Shown: positions 19,577-30,905 of the stretch, piece after piece
Position numbering within the stretch: the stretch's first letter is position 1
How the letters are laid out: the number at the start of each line of letters is the position of its first letter
From: an uncultured delta proteobacterium
GTDB lineage: Bacteria > Desulfobacterota > Syntrophia > Syntrophales > UBA2185
DNA: 64,000 bases
Direction of reading: 5' to 3'
Assembly: GCA_963695875.1 (NCBI GenBank)
Contig: CAVOID010000004.1
Coordinates: 224,001-288,000 of the forward strand
The notes under the pieces: model-generated
What the model was told of the DNA's origin: nothing
Seen by the model: only the letters and a program-made list of their open reading frames with translations
Database searches by the model: none
Program-made: the position numbers and the translations under genes

Positions 19577-21697
19577 CTAAGGTTTATGAACATTTAACAA
19601 CTTGAGCATCTCGTCTACATCCGTCGTCGGGCTGTGGCAGGTGAAATTGGTGCAGACATAGGCCGTGGCCCTGCCGTCCTGAAGAGGCTTAAGGTCTTTC
19701 GTGAATGGCGCTATGCTGACTATAGCAGATGCAGCATCATCCGGCGGACGGAGAAGGACAACCGTGTTGGGCAGATAGTGCTGTCTGATCGCACGCACCA
19801 TTTCTTCCGTGTCATCCGCACCGGCTCTGCCGGAAATCACGATTTCATAAGCGGGATATGTCAGAAAACCCACGGCAATCATTAATTGCGCATGTCCTGC
19901 GGGCACGCGATTGACGGCACCGGCAAAAGCACGGCTGATGGCTGCCGCCTGGGTTTCCAGTTCCTGCTTTCCGGTGAGCCGGGAAAGGCGGATCAGATTC
20001 AGCATGGCTACTGAATTTCCGGAAGGAACAGCGCCGTCATATATTTCTTTCTGACGCAGGATCAGGTTTTCGCCATCGTCCGGCGTGAAGTAGTATCCGC
20101 CGTTTTCCTCATCCCAGAAATGTTTCGTCAAATCTTCCTGAAGGCGCAGGGCCGTCTGAAGATGTGTAATGTCAAAGGATGCTTCGTAACACTCGATCAG
20201 CGCCCAGATCAGAAAGGCATAGTCATCGAGGTTGGCCGCAATTGCTGATTCTCCCTCCCTGTACCGGTGAAAAAGTCTTCCGTCCAGCTCGCGCATGTTC
20301 TTCAGGATAAAATTGAGGGCATTTTGTGCTACTTTAAGATACACCTTATCGGCGAAAACCTGGGCGCCCTTCGCCAGGGCGGCGATCATGAGGCCGTTCC
20401 AGTCGGTCAGGATTTTATCGTCTTTGTGGGGACGGACGCGTTCCTCACGAGCGGCGAAAAGCTTCAGCCGTATCGCCGCCAGCCGCTGGCGAAGCGATTC
20501 TTCGGAAATGCCCAGAGATGCTGCAAGTTCGGAAGCCGGCTTCTCCAGGTGAAGAATGTTGTATCCTGTTTTTCCTCCTGCTAAATGATCGACAAAATTT
20601 CCCGCCTTTTCCACCTGAAACACCCTTATCGCCAGTTCCGCCTCAGACGGCTCCAGCAGCTTCTTTATTTCATCATACTTCCAGAGATAATATTTCCCCT
20701 CTTCTCCTTCCGTGTCCGCGTCTTCGGCGGCGCAAAACCCTCCTGTCCGCGACTTCATATCGCGCATGATGTAGTTAAATATTTCGCAGGCCGTTCTTTT
20801 AAACAATTCCTCTCCCGTGGCCTGATAAGCCTCGGTGTAGGCCATAGCCAGCATGGCCTGATCGTAGAGCATCTTTTCGAAATGTGGTACCAGCCATTTC
20901 TCGTCCGTACTGTACCGGTGGAAACCAAAACCCACATGGTCATAAATACCGCCGCAGCGCATGGCACGCAATGTCTGTACAGCCATCTCCAGTGCCTTCT
21001 TTTTGCCGCTCCATTTCCCGTAGCGAAGAAGATACAGCAGTTGATGGGGCATGGGAAATTTAGGTGCCGGACCAAATCCTCCCCATTTGTCGTCAAACAT
21101 TCCTTTCAGCTCTTCATATGCCTTATCGAGAATATCTTTCGAAATGGATTCGTCCCTTGCTTCCGGCTCTTTCTGCCTTAATGCGGCTACGATCTGTGCG
21201 GCCGACTGCAAAATATCGTCGTGCCGATCCTTCCATACCTCCTGGATTTTGGGGATTATATCCAGCATACCGATTCTTCCGAACCGGCTCTCCCGGGGGA
21301 TGTATGTTGCCGCAAAGAAAGGCTGCATCTCCGGGGTCATCACAATGGTCAGCGGCCATCCTCCTGATCCTGTCATTGTCTGGCATGCATGCATGTAAAC
21401 CTTATCAATATCCGGCCGTTCCTCACGGTCGACCTTGATGCAAACAAAGACTTCGTTTAAAAGCCTGGCGACATCAGCATCCTCGAAGGACTCGTGGGCC
21501 ATGACATGGCACCAGTGGCAGGTGGAATACCCTATGGAAAGAAAAACCGGCTTATTTTCTTTACGCGCTTTCTCAAATGCCTCCTCACACCACGGGTACC
21601 AGTCGACAGGATTGTAGGCGTGCTGGAGCAGATACGGACTCTTCTCGTGAATCAGGCGATTTGGAATATTTCCGGCCGTATCTTGATTTTTGTCCAT
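19577..21697 (-). CDS. YyaL/SPATA20-type thioredoxin-domain protein
   Basis: [45 protein letters not shown]. Confidence 0.93.
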   Translation of the reverse strand: MDKNQDTAGNIPNRLIHEKSPYLLQHAYNPVDWYPWCEEAFEKARKENKPVFLSIGYSTCHWCHVMAHESFEDADVARLLNEVFVCIKVDREERPDIDKVYMHACQTMTGSGGWPLTIVMTPEMQPFFAATYIPRESRFGRIGMLDIIPKIQEVWKDRHDDILQSAAQIVAALRQKEPEARDESISKDILDKAYEELKGMFDDKWGGFGPAPKFPMPHQLLYLLRYGKWSGKKKALEMAVQTLRAMRCGGIYDHVGFGFHRYSTDEKWLVPHFEKMLYDQAMLAMAYTEAYQATGEELFKRTACEIFNYIMRDMKSRTGGFCAAEDADTEGEEGKYYLWKYDEIKKLLEPSEAELAIRVFQVEKAGNFVDHLAGGKTGYNILHLEKPASELAASLGISEESLRQRLAAIRLKLFAAREERVRPHKDDKILTDWNGLMIAALAKGAQVFADKVYLKVAQNALNFILKNMRELDGRLFHRYREGESAIAANLDDYAFLIWALIECYEASFDITHLQTALRLQEDLTKHFWDEENGGYYFTPDDGENLILRQKEIYDGAVPSGNSVAMLNLIRLSRLTGKQELETQAAAISRAFAGAVNRVPAGHAQLMIAVGFLTYPAYEIVISGRAGADDTEEMVRAIRQHYLPNTVVLLRPPDDAASAIVSIAPFTKDLKPLQDGRATAYVCTNFTCHSPTTDVDEMLKLLNVHKP

Positions 21698-21710
21698 AAG
21701 CGATTTCCCA

Positions 21711-22592
21711 TTATCTCATCGGTTCAGCGGTTTTCTGCGCATCGGACTGAATTCGAATAACTTCGGTCGACACTTTTCCATTTTTCACTCTCACAACAAT
21801 GAAATGATATGAATGCTCACCGAAAGCAATCTTTGCATGAAGCGGAGCAGCGGCACCTCCGGTGATTATATATTTCACGCCCTTAATTTCATCCTGAGCA
21901 TAGAGGTGCAGGTGACTGAAAAAAGCAACGGAGACTTTTTTCTCCGCCATGATCTGCATGAGTCTGTCTGCCCCCTTTGAGAAACAATGACTATGTTGCC
22001 ATTTTGGAGTTTTCGGCGGTATATGCATGATCACAAATTTATATTTCCTTGGTGATGTCAGTTGCTCCTCCAAATAATTCAACTGTACCGGAGTCAGTTC
22101 ATACAGGGAATTGTCCAGGACTACAATCTTTATCCCCAGTTTCTTAATATCTAAAACATAATTCAGCGGCCCTATCTTTTCCTGAAATATTGTTTTACCA
22201 TGAGAAGTTTTAATATTATTCGTAAGTTCGTGGTTACCTATGACAACAAAAATCGGCGTGTCAGGTAAATTGGTTTCCGCGATGTCGAGGAAGTGATTAA
22301 ATTTTTTTTCCCTGCCTGTAAAGACGGTATCTCCGCCGTGCAGGATGAAGAGAGGACTTAGTTTGGCTGCAGCAATAAGGAGTCTCTTAAATATTTCATC
22401 ATTATCCCTGCTATCACCCATGACGATAAATGTAAAATCGTCAGGAGATACTGTCTGAAGATTGCTTTCGAGCTTATGGAGGGAACGTTCAAAGAGAGTT
22501 GAGGAATGACAAGTCAAAGGCCAGGCAAAGCCGAGCAGAATAACCGGCAATATTATGAGGGAAATTAAACGATAACGGATTGAAATTCTCAT
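21711..22592 (-). CDS. Calcineurin-like metallophosphoesterase (exported)
   Basis: GDSR, HGGD, GNHE, HIP and SHLH motifs; N-terminal signal. Confidence 0.88.
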   Translation of the reverse strand: MRISIRYRLISLIILPVILLGFAWPLTCHSSTLFERSLHKLESNLQTVSPDDFTFIVMGDSRDNDEIFKRLLIAAAKLSPLFILHGGDTVFTGREKKFNHFLDIAETNLPDTPIFVVIGNHELTNNIKTSHGKTIFQEKIGPLNYVLDIKKLGIKIVVLDNSLYELTPVQLNYLEEQLTSPRKYKFVIMHIPPKTPKWQHSHCFSKGADRLMQIMAEKKVSVAFFSHLHLYAQDEIKGVKYIITGGAAAPLHAKIAFGEHSYHFIVVRVKNGKVSTEVIRIQSDAQKTAEPMR

Positions 22593-22741
22593 ATTTATGA
22601 CCTTTCCTCAAAAAGCTTCGTCAAAACTCTCAAACCGTGCGTTATTTCAGGTCCTAAATGGAACCGGATGAACAGTTAACTCCAAGAAGGAATATCCCGG
22701 CGTGAGGCGAGCTTCCCGGATAAAGGATCGGGTAGAAGTTC

Positions 22742-24796
22742 TCACTTTACTAATACCTTTGCAATCTGGACCACATGCTCGGAGGTAATGCCAAATTTCT
22801 CATAGAGAATCTTATATGGTGCACTTGCCCCAAATCTGTCCATTCCCACAACCACCCCTTCGAGCCCCACATAATGCTCCCAGCCCAGCTTTATGCCCGC
22901 TTCTACCGCAATCCTGACTCTGACATCGGGAGGGAGCACATGATCACGATATTCCACCGGCTGAGCGTCAAAGATTTCCCAGCTCGGAAGAGAGACGATC
23001 CTTACCTTAAAGCCTTCAGACGATAGAGTTCTCCCTGCTTCCACTGTTATAGATACTTCTGACCCGGTACCGATCAAAATAATATCAGGTTTACCGGAGA
23101 CGGATTCCCAGAGAATGTACCCACCCCTCTGGAGACCGCTTGCCGGTGAAAATTCTGTCCCGCTTAAAACTGGAAGATTCTGGCGGGTAAAAATCAGTGC
23201 GGTAGGGCCATGCTGATTAAGGAGTGCTGCCTTCCATGCCTCCGCAGTTTCTCCGGCGTCAGCGGGACGGATAACGGTTAAATTCGGTACAGCACGCAGA
23301 CTCATTATCTGTTCTATGGGTTGATGCGTGGGACCATCTTCCCCGAGACCGATACTATCATGGGTAAAGACAAAAATGATCCGGAGCCCCATGAGGGACG
23401 CTAGGCGCATGGGGGGCCGCATGTAATCGGAGAACGTCAAGAATGTCGCTGTATAGGGAATGAATCCTCCGTGGATGGCCATACCGACAGCAATGGCACC
23501 CATGGCGTGTTCCCGCACACCGAAGTGTATATTACGTCCTCTGTAACCCCATTCACCGCCAACAGCCCCCTGAACATTTCCATGCGCCGGGTTAGGCTTC
23601 TGAAAATCACCGAAACTCTTGAGCCAGGTAAATGTGGACGGGTTAAGGTCTGCTGAGCCTCCCATAAGCTCCGGCAAAAGAGGGGCAAGGGTCTGCATGA
23701 CGGTTTCTGATGCCTTGCGGGTTGCTATATCCTTGGATCCGTCGGGAAACATCGGAAGCTGTAGCTCCCATCCGTCGGGAAGCTTTCCGTTCATGACGCT
23801 CGTGAATTCGACAGCCAAATCATGAAATTCGTCGCGATACCGGTTGAAGGTCTGTTCCCATTCTGCCTCCCATGCACGGCCGCGTTCCATGGATTTACGA
23901 AGAAAGGAAAGTACATCATCAGGGATTAAAAATGCAGGTTCGGTGGGCCAGTTAAGAAAATTCTTTGCTGCCAGCACCTCCTGCGGACCAAGGGGTGAAC
24001 CGTGGACTTCAAATGTTCCCTGTTTATGGGGCGCTCCATACCCGATGGTAGTGCGGACAAAAATAATCGAGGGACGGGTCGTCTCCGCCCTTGCATCTTT
24101 TATGGCACGATCAATTGAGGCAATGTCGTTTCCGTCTTCCACGTGCAACACGTGCCACCTGTAGGCCTCAAACCGTTTTCCAGTGTCTTCTGTAAAAGAA
24201 AGTGACGTTGATCCGGCAAGGGAAATGCGGTTGTCGTCATAGAGAACTATAAGTTTGCCGAGACCAAGGTGCCCGGCGAGAGAGCATGATTCAGATGCAA
24301 CACCTTCCATCAGGTCACCGTCACTGGCGAATACATACGTGAAATGATCGATGATCCTATGACCGGGTCGATTATATCGCGCTTCAATGTGGGCCTCCGC
24401 AATGGCCATACCGACGGCATTACTGAGACCTTGACCGAGTGGTCCTGTGGTCACCTCAACACCGCAGTTACAATCCCGTTCCGGGTGGCCGGGTGTTTTG
24501 CTTCCCCACTGGCGGAATGACTCCAGATCAGAGAGAGACAGGTCGTAGCCGGTAAGATGGAGCAGGGAATACAGGAGCATTGACCCATGCCCTGCCGAGA
24601 GAACAAAGCGATCCCGATCGGCCCACAGGGGATTCGCGGGATTGTGTTTCAGGTGCCTTGTCCAGAGGGTATAGGCCATCGCCGCTGCGCCCATGGGCAT
24701 ACCGGGGTGCCCTGATTTTGCTTTCTCCACGGCATCGGCTGACAGGAACCGTATGGTATTTATGCATCTTTCTTCCAGGATTTTCTGATCAGTCAT
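22742..24796 (-). CDS. tkt: Transketolase
   Basis: [36 protein letters not shown]. Confidence 0.97.
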   Translation of the reverse strand: MTDQKILEERCINTIRFLSADAVEKAKSGHPGMPMGAAAMAYTLWTRHLKHNPANPLWADRDRFVLSAGHGSMLLYSLLHLTGYDLSLSDLESFRQWGSKTPGHPERDCNCGVEVTTGPLGQGLSNAVGMAIAEAHIEARYNRPGHRIIDHFTYVFASDGDLMEGVASESCSLAGHLGLGKLIVLYDDNRISLAGSTSLSFTEDTGKRFEAYRWHVLHVEDGNDIASIDRAIKDARAETTRPSIIFVRTTIGYGAPHKQGTFEVHGSPLGPQEVLAAKNFLNWPTEPAFLIPDDVLSFLRKSMERGRAWEAEWEQTFNRYRDEFHDLAVEFTSVMNGKLPDGWELQLPMFPDGSKDIATRKASETVMQTLAPLLPELMGGSADLNPSTFTWLKSFGDFQKPNPAHGNVQGAVGGEWGYRGRNIHFGVREHAMGAIAVGMAIHGGFIPYTATFLTFSDYMRPPMRLASLMGLRIIFVFTHDSIGLGEDGPTHQPIEQIMSLRAVPNLTVIRPADAGETAEAWKAALLNQHGPTALIFTRQNLPVLSGTEFSPASGLQRGGYILWESVSGKPDIILIGTGSEVSITVEAGRTLSSEGFKVRIVSLPSWEIFDAQPVEYRDHVLPPDVRVRIAVEAGIKLGWEHYVGLEGVVVGMDRFGASAPYKILYEKFGITSEHVVQIAKVLVK

Positions 24797-25030
24797 TTTG
24801 CATCTCCATTGGTCATCAAGATTTTCCTTACCGCGAGGCAGGCAGTACATTCGACGGTTCCGCAGTTTATATAACAACAAAAATATTAAGACAAGTAGAT
24901 TAGGAAAAATAAATATGTCGCAAAACTTGACAAGGGCATATTTTTTACATAAAAAGTTGACTCAGGCGAGTTCCATTCAGTGAAACATCGGGAATAAATT
25001 TTCCTCTCAAATGCTTATATATACTTAAGT

Positions 25031-25636
25031 ATGTCCATTACAATTACAGGATTATCCAAACTTTACGGAAAGTTTAAAGCCCTGTCGGAGATCGATCTGA
25101 ATATCCGGACTGGTCAATCCGTCGGTCTTGTCGGTCTCAATGGTGCGGGGGAAACGACATTGCTGAAGACAATTGTGGGACTTATCGTTAACTTTGATGG
25201 AGAGGTTTTGATAAATAATCAGGCGGTTAACGACCGGGATGCAAAATCAAACATATCCTTTCTGCCTGAGGTCTTTGCCGTATTTTTTATGAGCTACAGA
25301 ACTGATTCCGACGGACGCTTAATTTTCGGTTACTTAGACGAGTCGCAAGACAAATTTCCTGATGATTGGAAACTACCCTGGCAGGCTTCTTACGTGGCAA
25401 AGATGAGATTCAAGGATAACGACGTTGCATATCATTATGCCCTCAAGGCGGCAAAAGCCCCATATGCCCCTCCCATTGTGCGCGTACTTCCCGCAATATT
25501 AGAACGAAACCTCGGGAATATCGAGACCGCATATACATATTTGACCACTTTACTAGACTATTCAATAGATTCCAAAGAGATAGAGGCAATAAACGAAGAG
25601 CTAAAAAAGTTAGATAAAAAAGTCTCTCCAAAATAA
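25031..25636 (+). pseudogene. Chimeric ORF: ABC ATPase N-terminal fragment fused to an unrelated helical/TPR-like C-terminus
   Basis: Walker A with K replaced by E (GLNGAGETT); ABC similarity ends at ISFLPE; no signature motif or Walker B. Confidence 0.55.
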
Positions 25637-25776
25637 ATTAGTCATTGTTTATGCCTTTGAATAAATCTGGACATTCAACAAGAAGTATGAGCATATATAG
25701 ACTAAATAGAAATTATTGCTTATTCGGCAAAAGATTTTTAAATAAAGTTATTTAACTTTATGAGGAGGCAAAGACC

Positions 25777-25977
25777 ATGTTTGAAGGTCTATTTCAGCCA
25801 ATGCACCTTCTGGTGATATTGGTTATCGTTCTGATTATCTTCGGGCCAGGTAAACTTCCTGAACTGGGAAATTCCCTGGGCAGGGCCATAAAAGGCTTTA
25901 AGAAGGCCATGTCAGAGCCGGAAGAGAAATCAGGAAATATCTCAGAATCAAAGAAGATCGAAGAGAAAAAAGAATAA
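25777..25977 (+). CDS. tatA: Twin-arginine translocase subunit TatA/E
   Basis: [36 protein letters not shown]. Confidence 0.93.
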   Translation: MFEGLFQPMHLLVILVIVLIIFGPGKLPELGNSLGRAIKGFKKAMSEPEEKSGNISESKKIEEKKE

Positions 25978-25999
25978 ACGGAACATCTGGATCTTCTTG

Positions 26000-26737
26000 A
26001 TGAATGGACGTTTTGTTTTTAGAATAGTACCTTTACTCCTCATTATCGTTCTATCAACCTATCTTTTTATTCACTACGACCTGTATACCTTCTTCATAGA
26101 TAAGAATAAACTTATCACTTTTATCCATTCTCAACCGTATGATGAACTTGTCTTCATCTTCCTTCAGATCCTGCAGGTGGTAGCAGCCCCGATACCCGGG
26201 GAAGTGACCGGCCTTATCGGCGGGTTCCTGTATGGTCCCGTCATGGGTACGGTTTACTCTACTATTGGTCTCACCATCGGTTCCTGGCTGGCCTTTGCCC
26301 TTGCCAGGTTTTTCGGCTTGCCCCTTGTCGAGAAGGTTGTGAGGCCAGCGATTATTGATAAATACGATTACTTTCTGGAGCACCGGGGATTGTTTGTCTC
26401 CTTTCTCCTCTTTCTTATTCCCGGTTTTCCCAAAGATTACCTGTGCTATATCATGGGCCTAAGCCACATGAAGACAATGCATTTTTTGGGTATTTCGACG
26501 GTTGGGCGTTTACTCGGTACGGTATTGCTGTCCGTGAGCGGCAGTTGTGCCCGCAATAACCAGTACATGGCACTTTTGATTATCGCCGGCGCCAGCTTTA
26601 TTTTTATCACAGTTGCCTATTATTACCGGGACAAATGGCTCGAAGCATTGAAAAAAAGGCATATAATATCAGAAAACCCCCAGAAACCGCACCCTGATCA
26701 GAATCAACGTGAAAATCAGGAAAAACCTCAAAGCTGA
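26000..26737 (+). CDS. TVP38/TMEM64 (VTT/DedA superfamily) membrane protein
   Basis: LQVVAAPIPGE, FLIPGFPKDYLCY. Confidence 0.88.
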   Translation: MNGRFVFRIVPLLLIIVLSTYLFIHYDLYTFFIDKNKLITFIHSQPYDELVFIFLQILQVVAAPIPGEVTGLIGGFLYGPVMGTVYSTIGLTIGSWLAFALARFFGLPLVEKVVRPAIIDKYDYFLEHRGLFVSFLLFLIPGFPKDYLCYIMGLSHMKTMHFLGISTVGRLLGTVLLSVSGSCARNNQYMALLIIAGASFIFITVAYYYRDKWLEALKKRHIISENPQKPHPDQNQRENQEKPQS

Positions 26738-26836
26738 CCATACTTTTACAATTACCCTTAGGGCTTGACACACAAGCGTTCTTGACCTATCTTCAAAAAG
26801 ATTTTACAGGAATTAAATTACATACAAGGAGGCACC

Positions 26837-26965
26837 ATGGGAGGGCACAAGAAAATAGAACGAATGAAAGAGATTGACCGTAAAAGGCGCAGAAGAAAAA
26901 AGAGTCTGAAACTTAGAGCCAAACAGCGCATGCAGCAGCCTAAACCTGCACAAAAAACAAAATAA
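26837..26965 (+). CDS. Small highly basic protein (42 aa), absent from the ORF track
   Basis: Strong RBS AAGGAGG; MGGHKKIERMKEIDRKRRRRKKSLKLRAKQRMQQPKPAQKTK*; ends 11 nt before the next gene. Confidence 0.65.
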   Translation: MGGHKKIERMKEIDRKRRRRKKSLKLRAKQRMQQPKPAQKTK

Positions 26966-26976
26966 ATATTCAGAAA

Positions 26977-27906
26977 ATGAAATTGAGGAGAAAACGTATT
27001 GGTCTTGCCCTTGGAGGTGGGGGGGCCCGTGGGCTCTGCTATATTGGCGTATTAAGAGTATTTGAACAGGAAGGTATTCCTATAGATGTTATTGCGGGAA
27101 CAAGTATTGGTGCTCTGATAGGCGGAGCTTATGCCTGTGGCATATCATCTGACGAACTGGAGCGAAAAGTTCAGGATTATGTCAACAGCGCAGAATTCAA
27201 ATCTTCGGCTATTAAAACCATGTCAGATGCATATGGCGGGGAGCAGGAAGATCTGAGACAGAAGATTCAGAGTTTTTTAAAAAATCAGTTCTATATCATC
27301 CAGATGTTGTTCAAACCCGGTATACTTTCAATTGATGATTTCCAGTCCATGATTGACTATTTCATTCCGGACGTACTAATTCAAAACACCCTTATCCCAT
27401 TTCGTGCTGTGGCAACGGACCTGATTACAGGCGATCAAGTTGTTTTTTCTGAAGGATCTCTGAGGCAGGCCGTGATGGCAAGTTGTGCTGTTCCCGGGGT
27501 TATAGAACCCGTAATAGATGGGAAAAGACTTCTCTCTGACGGCGGTATCATCAGTATGATACCAGTCAATATTGTAAAGAGGGAAGGCGCCGATATTGTA
27601 ATTGCCGTAGCCGGAGATCGTGACACGCGCACAGATGATGAATTAAAAACAGTAAAAGATATTTACTACCGGGCCTCTGAAATAACATCCATTAAACTGG
27701 AAAAGTATGAATTGATGGAGGCGGATATCGTTATCAGACCCGACGTGAAGAATTTACATTGGACCGGATTTTCCCAGGCCATGGACCTGATTAAGGAAGG
27801 TGAAAAGGCAGCAAAGGAAATGCTTTCCGATATCCGGAATAAAAGGTCCTTTTTTAAAACATTGGTAAACTCCATCAAGACATTAGCATCCCACGCAAAT
27901 AACTGA
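26977..27906 (+). CDS. Patatin-like phospholipase (RssA/NTE family)
   Basis: GGGGARG, GTSIG and DGG motifs. Confidence 0.92.
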   Translation: MKLRRKRIGLALGGGGARGLCYIGVLRVFEQEGIPIDVIAGTSIGALIGGAYACGISSDELERKVQDYVNSAEFKSSAIKTMSDAYGGEQEDLRQKIQSFLKNQFYIIQMLFKPGILSIDDFQSMIDYFIPDVLIQNTLIPFRAVATDLITGDQVVFSEGSLRQAVMASCAVPGVIEPVIDGKRLLSDGGIISMIPVNIVKREGADIVIAVAGDRDTRTDDELKTVKDIYYRASEITSIKLEKYELMEADIVIRPDVKNLHWTGFSQAMDLIKEGEKAAKEMLSDIRNKRSFFKTLVNSIKTLASHANN

Positions 27907-27967
27907 ACAAAGCACGCAGGACGAATTGGGTCATGTTGCTTTTACGAGGCACATTATGCGTGCGATA

Positions 27968-28600
27968 CTATGGTACAGCCACTACTATGATATTGAAAAT
28001 CGAGTTCCAGGTCAAAGGCTTGCAGACTGTCTTGCCCCCCAACCGGGCTGCTAATTGCTGCGCCTCCCTCTGATAATTTGAAGCAAAATAAATTGTATTT
28101 ACCGTGAAATCTTTGCGAGGACCTAATTCTATGTCTGCAACCTTGTAGCCCATCCTGATTAGTTTCTTTGACATTTCCCGTGCAGAAGACAATTTGCCGT
28201 TTCCGCTTAATACTTTCACTTTAAGAGTCTTAATATCGATCTCTTTTCCTTGAATAGCAGGCTGTTCTTCGGTTGTTTTCTTTTTTTCAGCTTTACTTTC
28301 TATGGCTTCCTCTTGAATCTGTTGCTCAGCAACGGTACCAGTCTGGGCCGTCAGGGAGTCCTTTTCCAGCACCGCCTCTTCCTCTTCCTTTTGTGCCTCT
28401 TCTTTGAGCTGCTGCACCTCTTTTTTCAGCGTATCGAGCTGCTTATTTAAATCTGTCAACTGGTCATTGAGATGGGCTATCGATGCCTTGGACCTTTCCA
28501 AATCATCTCTTGAACTCTTATCAAAAAAACCTAACGTGGAGCAGCCTGACATCGCCAAACAAAATACCAGGGTAAAGATATATAAAGCTCTCGTATACAT
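27968..28600 (-). CDS. Lipoprotein with coiled coil and LytR_C-like C-terminal domain
   Basis: Lipobox MSGC; C-terminal VKVLSGNG...A...L...GY...TIYF. Confidence 0.6.
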   Translation of the reverse strand: MYTRALYIFTLVFCLAMSGCSTLGFFDKSSRDDLERSKASIAHLNDQLTDLNKQLDTLKKEVQQLKEEAQKEEEEAVLEKDSLTAQTGTVAEQQIQEEAIESKAEKKKTTEEQPAIQGKEIDIKTLKVKVLSGNGKLSSAREMSKKLIRMGYKVADIELGPRKDFTVNTIYFASNYQREAQQLAARLGGKTVCKPLTWNSIFNIIVVAVP

Positions 28601-28622
28601 TGTTCACCTCCCCTATGTACTG

Positions 28623-29621
28623 TTAAAGTCTTGCATTGTTAAAACCGTACCATGCTGCACCCATAAGGGCAACTTTGGGATTAAGGATAACGAAAACGGG
28701 CATCTGTAAAAGAAGGTCAGCCATACGCCCTTTATTACGGAAAGATTTCATAAGCTGTCCGTTTTCCAGGTACGGCAGTATACGCCGGGGAATACCTCCT
28801 CCTATGTAAACCCCGTTTGTGGCGAGTACTCTGAGGGCCATATTACCTGCTTCTGCTCCCAAAATGGAAGCAAAAAGATTGAGTGCAATCACACAGAGAT
28901 CACACGCGTTCTCATGATCTAAAGCTGCACTTACGATGACCGGCACAGGGTCCTTTTCCTGGGCCAACTTATCAGAGAGCCATGATGGTTCCTCGCCACA
29001 GCACCTCTCGCGGAGAAAATAATAGATATTTAATATTCCTAATCCCGAGCAGACACTTTCATAACTGACATGGCCAAGTTTCTCTTGAAGGTAACTCAGC
29101 AGTTCCCTCTGAAGATCATTGTTTGGAGCAAAATCCGCATGACCGCCCTCCGAGGCATGTCCTTGGTATCGCACCCCATCCCATGTAAGGTATGCCTCGC
29201 CAAGGCCGGTACCCGGAGCGATGATTGCCATATTTCCTCCGGAAACCGACCGGCCTTCGTTTAAGGTATGGAGATCTGATGATTCAAGGAGGGGTACAGC
29301 AAAAGCAATGGCCGCCAGATCATTCAGCAGTCTGACAGACGAGAGGTTCAGTTCCTGGCGCAGCTGTTTTTCATCTATTATCCACGGCAGGTTAGTAACT
29401 CTGACCACACCTTCCACAACGGGTCCTGCTACGCCGAAGCAGGCTGCATCCGCAGGGATATTCACTCCATTGAGAAAATCCCTGACAATGGTTACGAGGT
29501 CCGGAAATTGTGCGCTCACAAAGTCTGCCTCGGCCAGAGGTAGACGTATACCCTTCTCACGGGAAAAAATACCCAGGTGAGTCTTTGTTCCACCAATGTC
29601 ACCGGCAAGTAGTAGGTTCAT
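28623..29621 (-). CDS. glk: Glucokinase
   Basis: LAGDIGGTKT, GVAGPV, LLND, GTGLGE, SEGGH. Confidence 0.93.
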   Translation of the reverse strand: MNLLLAGDIGGTKTHLGIFSREKGIRLPLAEADFVSAQFPDLVTIVRDFLNGVNIPADAACFGVAGPVVEGVVRVTNLPWIIDEKQLRQELNLSSVRLLNDLAAIAFAVPLLESSDLHTLNEGRSVSGGNMAIIAPGTGLGEAYLTWDGVRYQGHASEGGHADFAPNNDLQRELLSYLQEKLGHVSYESVCSGLGILNIYYFLRERCCGEEPSWLSDKLAQEKDPVPVIVSAALDHENACDLCVIALNLFASILGAEAGNMALRVLATNGVYIGGGIPRRILPYLENGQLMKSFRNKGRMADLLLQMPVFVILNPKVALMGAAWYGFNNARL

Positions 29622-29625
29622 TTTT

Positions 29626-29940
29626 TTATCCAAGTTCACCTTGAAGCCAATTCAGATATTCTGTGCTGCCCGCCATAATTGGTATGGCTATGATTTCCGG
29701 AACTTCATAAGGGTGGATTGATTTAATGACCTTCTCAATTTCTTTATAACGATCTTCCCTGCTTTTTATCACACATTGCCACTCTTCGGCCTTTTCAATA
29801 TTCCCCTTCCACCGGTAGGTGCTGAAGATGGGCCCGGCGAGCTGCACACAGGCAGCCAACTTACTCTCAACCAGGGTCATGGCAATCTTTTCAGCATCTT
29901 CTTTCTTCCCCGTTGTTGTCACTACCTGAATATATTCCAT
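29626..29940 (-). CDS. cutA: Divalent-cation tolerance protein CutA
   Basis: LAACVQ, YRWKG, HPYEVPEI. Confidence 0.95.
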   Translation of the reverse strand: MEYIQVVTTTGKKEDAEKIAMTLVESKLAACVQLAGPIFSTYRWKGNIEKAEEWQCVIKSREDRYKEIEKVIKSIHPYEVPEIIAIPIMAGSTEYLNWLQGELG

Positions 29941-29959
29941 CTCCCTATCCCCTGTCACC

Positions 29960-30736
29960 TTAGCCCTGTTTCGTGCACTCATACATCATAATTGACGCTG
30001 CCTGAGGCAGACTGAGAGAATCTGACTTTCCCGCACCGGGAATGAACCATTGCTCATCGGTCAAACGGAGCAATGCATCCGGCAACCCATGACTTTCACT
30101 GCCCAAGAGAAGTGCCGTATCCTGTTTACATGCATGCGGCATTATGCCTTTCCGTATGCTGCTACCCACAAGAAAATAGAGTCCTTTGATCCTCGGAACG
30201 ATTTCAGCAAAGTCGACATCCGCAATCACTCGCAGATGGAAGAGACTTCCCATGGCGGACCGTACAACTTTTGGATTTGTGAAATCTGCCGAACCGGAAC
30301 TGAGTACGATAGTTCCTATGCCAAACCAGTGGGCCGTGCGCATCACGGCGCCAAGGTTGCTGGGATTATTTATCTGATGCAGCAACAAAACATGACCACT
30401 GACATGCGACAGCAACTTGTCGGCATCGAAACGTGAAGGCATGGCAGCAACGGCCATGATTCCCTCCGGTGCTTTATCTTGGCTTAATGTATTCCACTCC
30501 CGTTCCGATAATCCATAGACGTCAATTCCTTCCGGAACGGTGGACAGGAAAGCGTCCCACTGCGGCCTTCTTCCCTCCATCACCAGAACTGCCCTGGTTT
30601 TCCATTTACTTATGAGCAACTCCTGAACGACCTTATGGCCTTCGGCCATAAAGAGCCCTTCCTGACGGCGGTACTTAGTCTGACTCAGTTTTTCCCACGA
30701 TTTCAATTGTAATTTCGGTGGTCTCAGCAGCTTCAT
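29960..30736 (-). CDS. TrmH/SpoU family RNA methyltransferase
   Basis: NPSNLGAVMRTA, VRSAMGS, GSESHG. Confidence 0.9.
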   Translation of the reverse strand: MKLLRPPKLQLKSWEKLSQTKYRRQEGLFMAEGHKVVQELLISKWKTRAVLVMEGRRPQWDAFLSTVPEGIDVYGLSEREWNTLSQDKAPEGIMAVAAMPSRFDADKLLSHVSGHVLLLHQINNPSNLGAVMRTAHWFGIGTIVLSSGSADFTNPKVVRSAMGSLFHLRVIADVDFAEIVPRIKGLYFLVGSSIRKGIMPHACKQDTALLLGSESHGLPDALLRLTDEQWFIPGAGKSDSLSLPQAASIMMYECTKQG

Positions 30737-30779
30737 GTGAAGTACAGATTCCGTTTATATCGCGGATCCTATATTTGGT

Positions 30780-30868
30780 TGCAAAAAATGATTCGAGGAT
30801 TCAAGTGATCGAAGGTTCTTTCCAATGCATTTCACTCGAATGCTCGACCCCTAAATTCTTTGAATCCT
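30780..30868. repeat. Intergenic palindrome built from 8-bp units (family copy 1)
   Basis: TGCAAAAAATGATTCGAGGATTCAAGTGATCGAA ... CTCGAATGCTCGACCC...TTGAATCC; related copies at 32301 and 34272. Confidence 0.6.
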
Positions 30869-30905
30869 GAAAGTGCTATCGACTCTTTTAGCGATGAATC
30901 TTACA

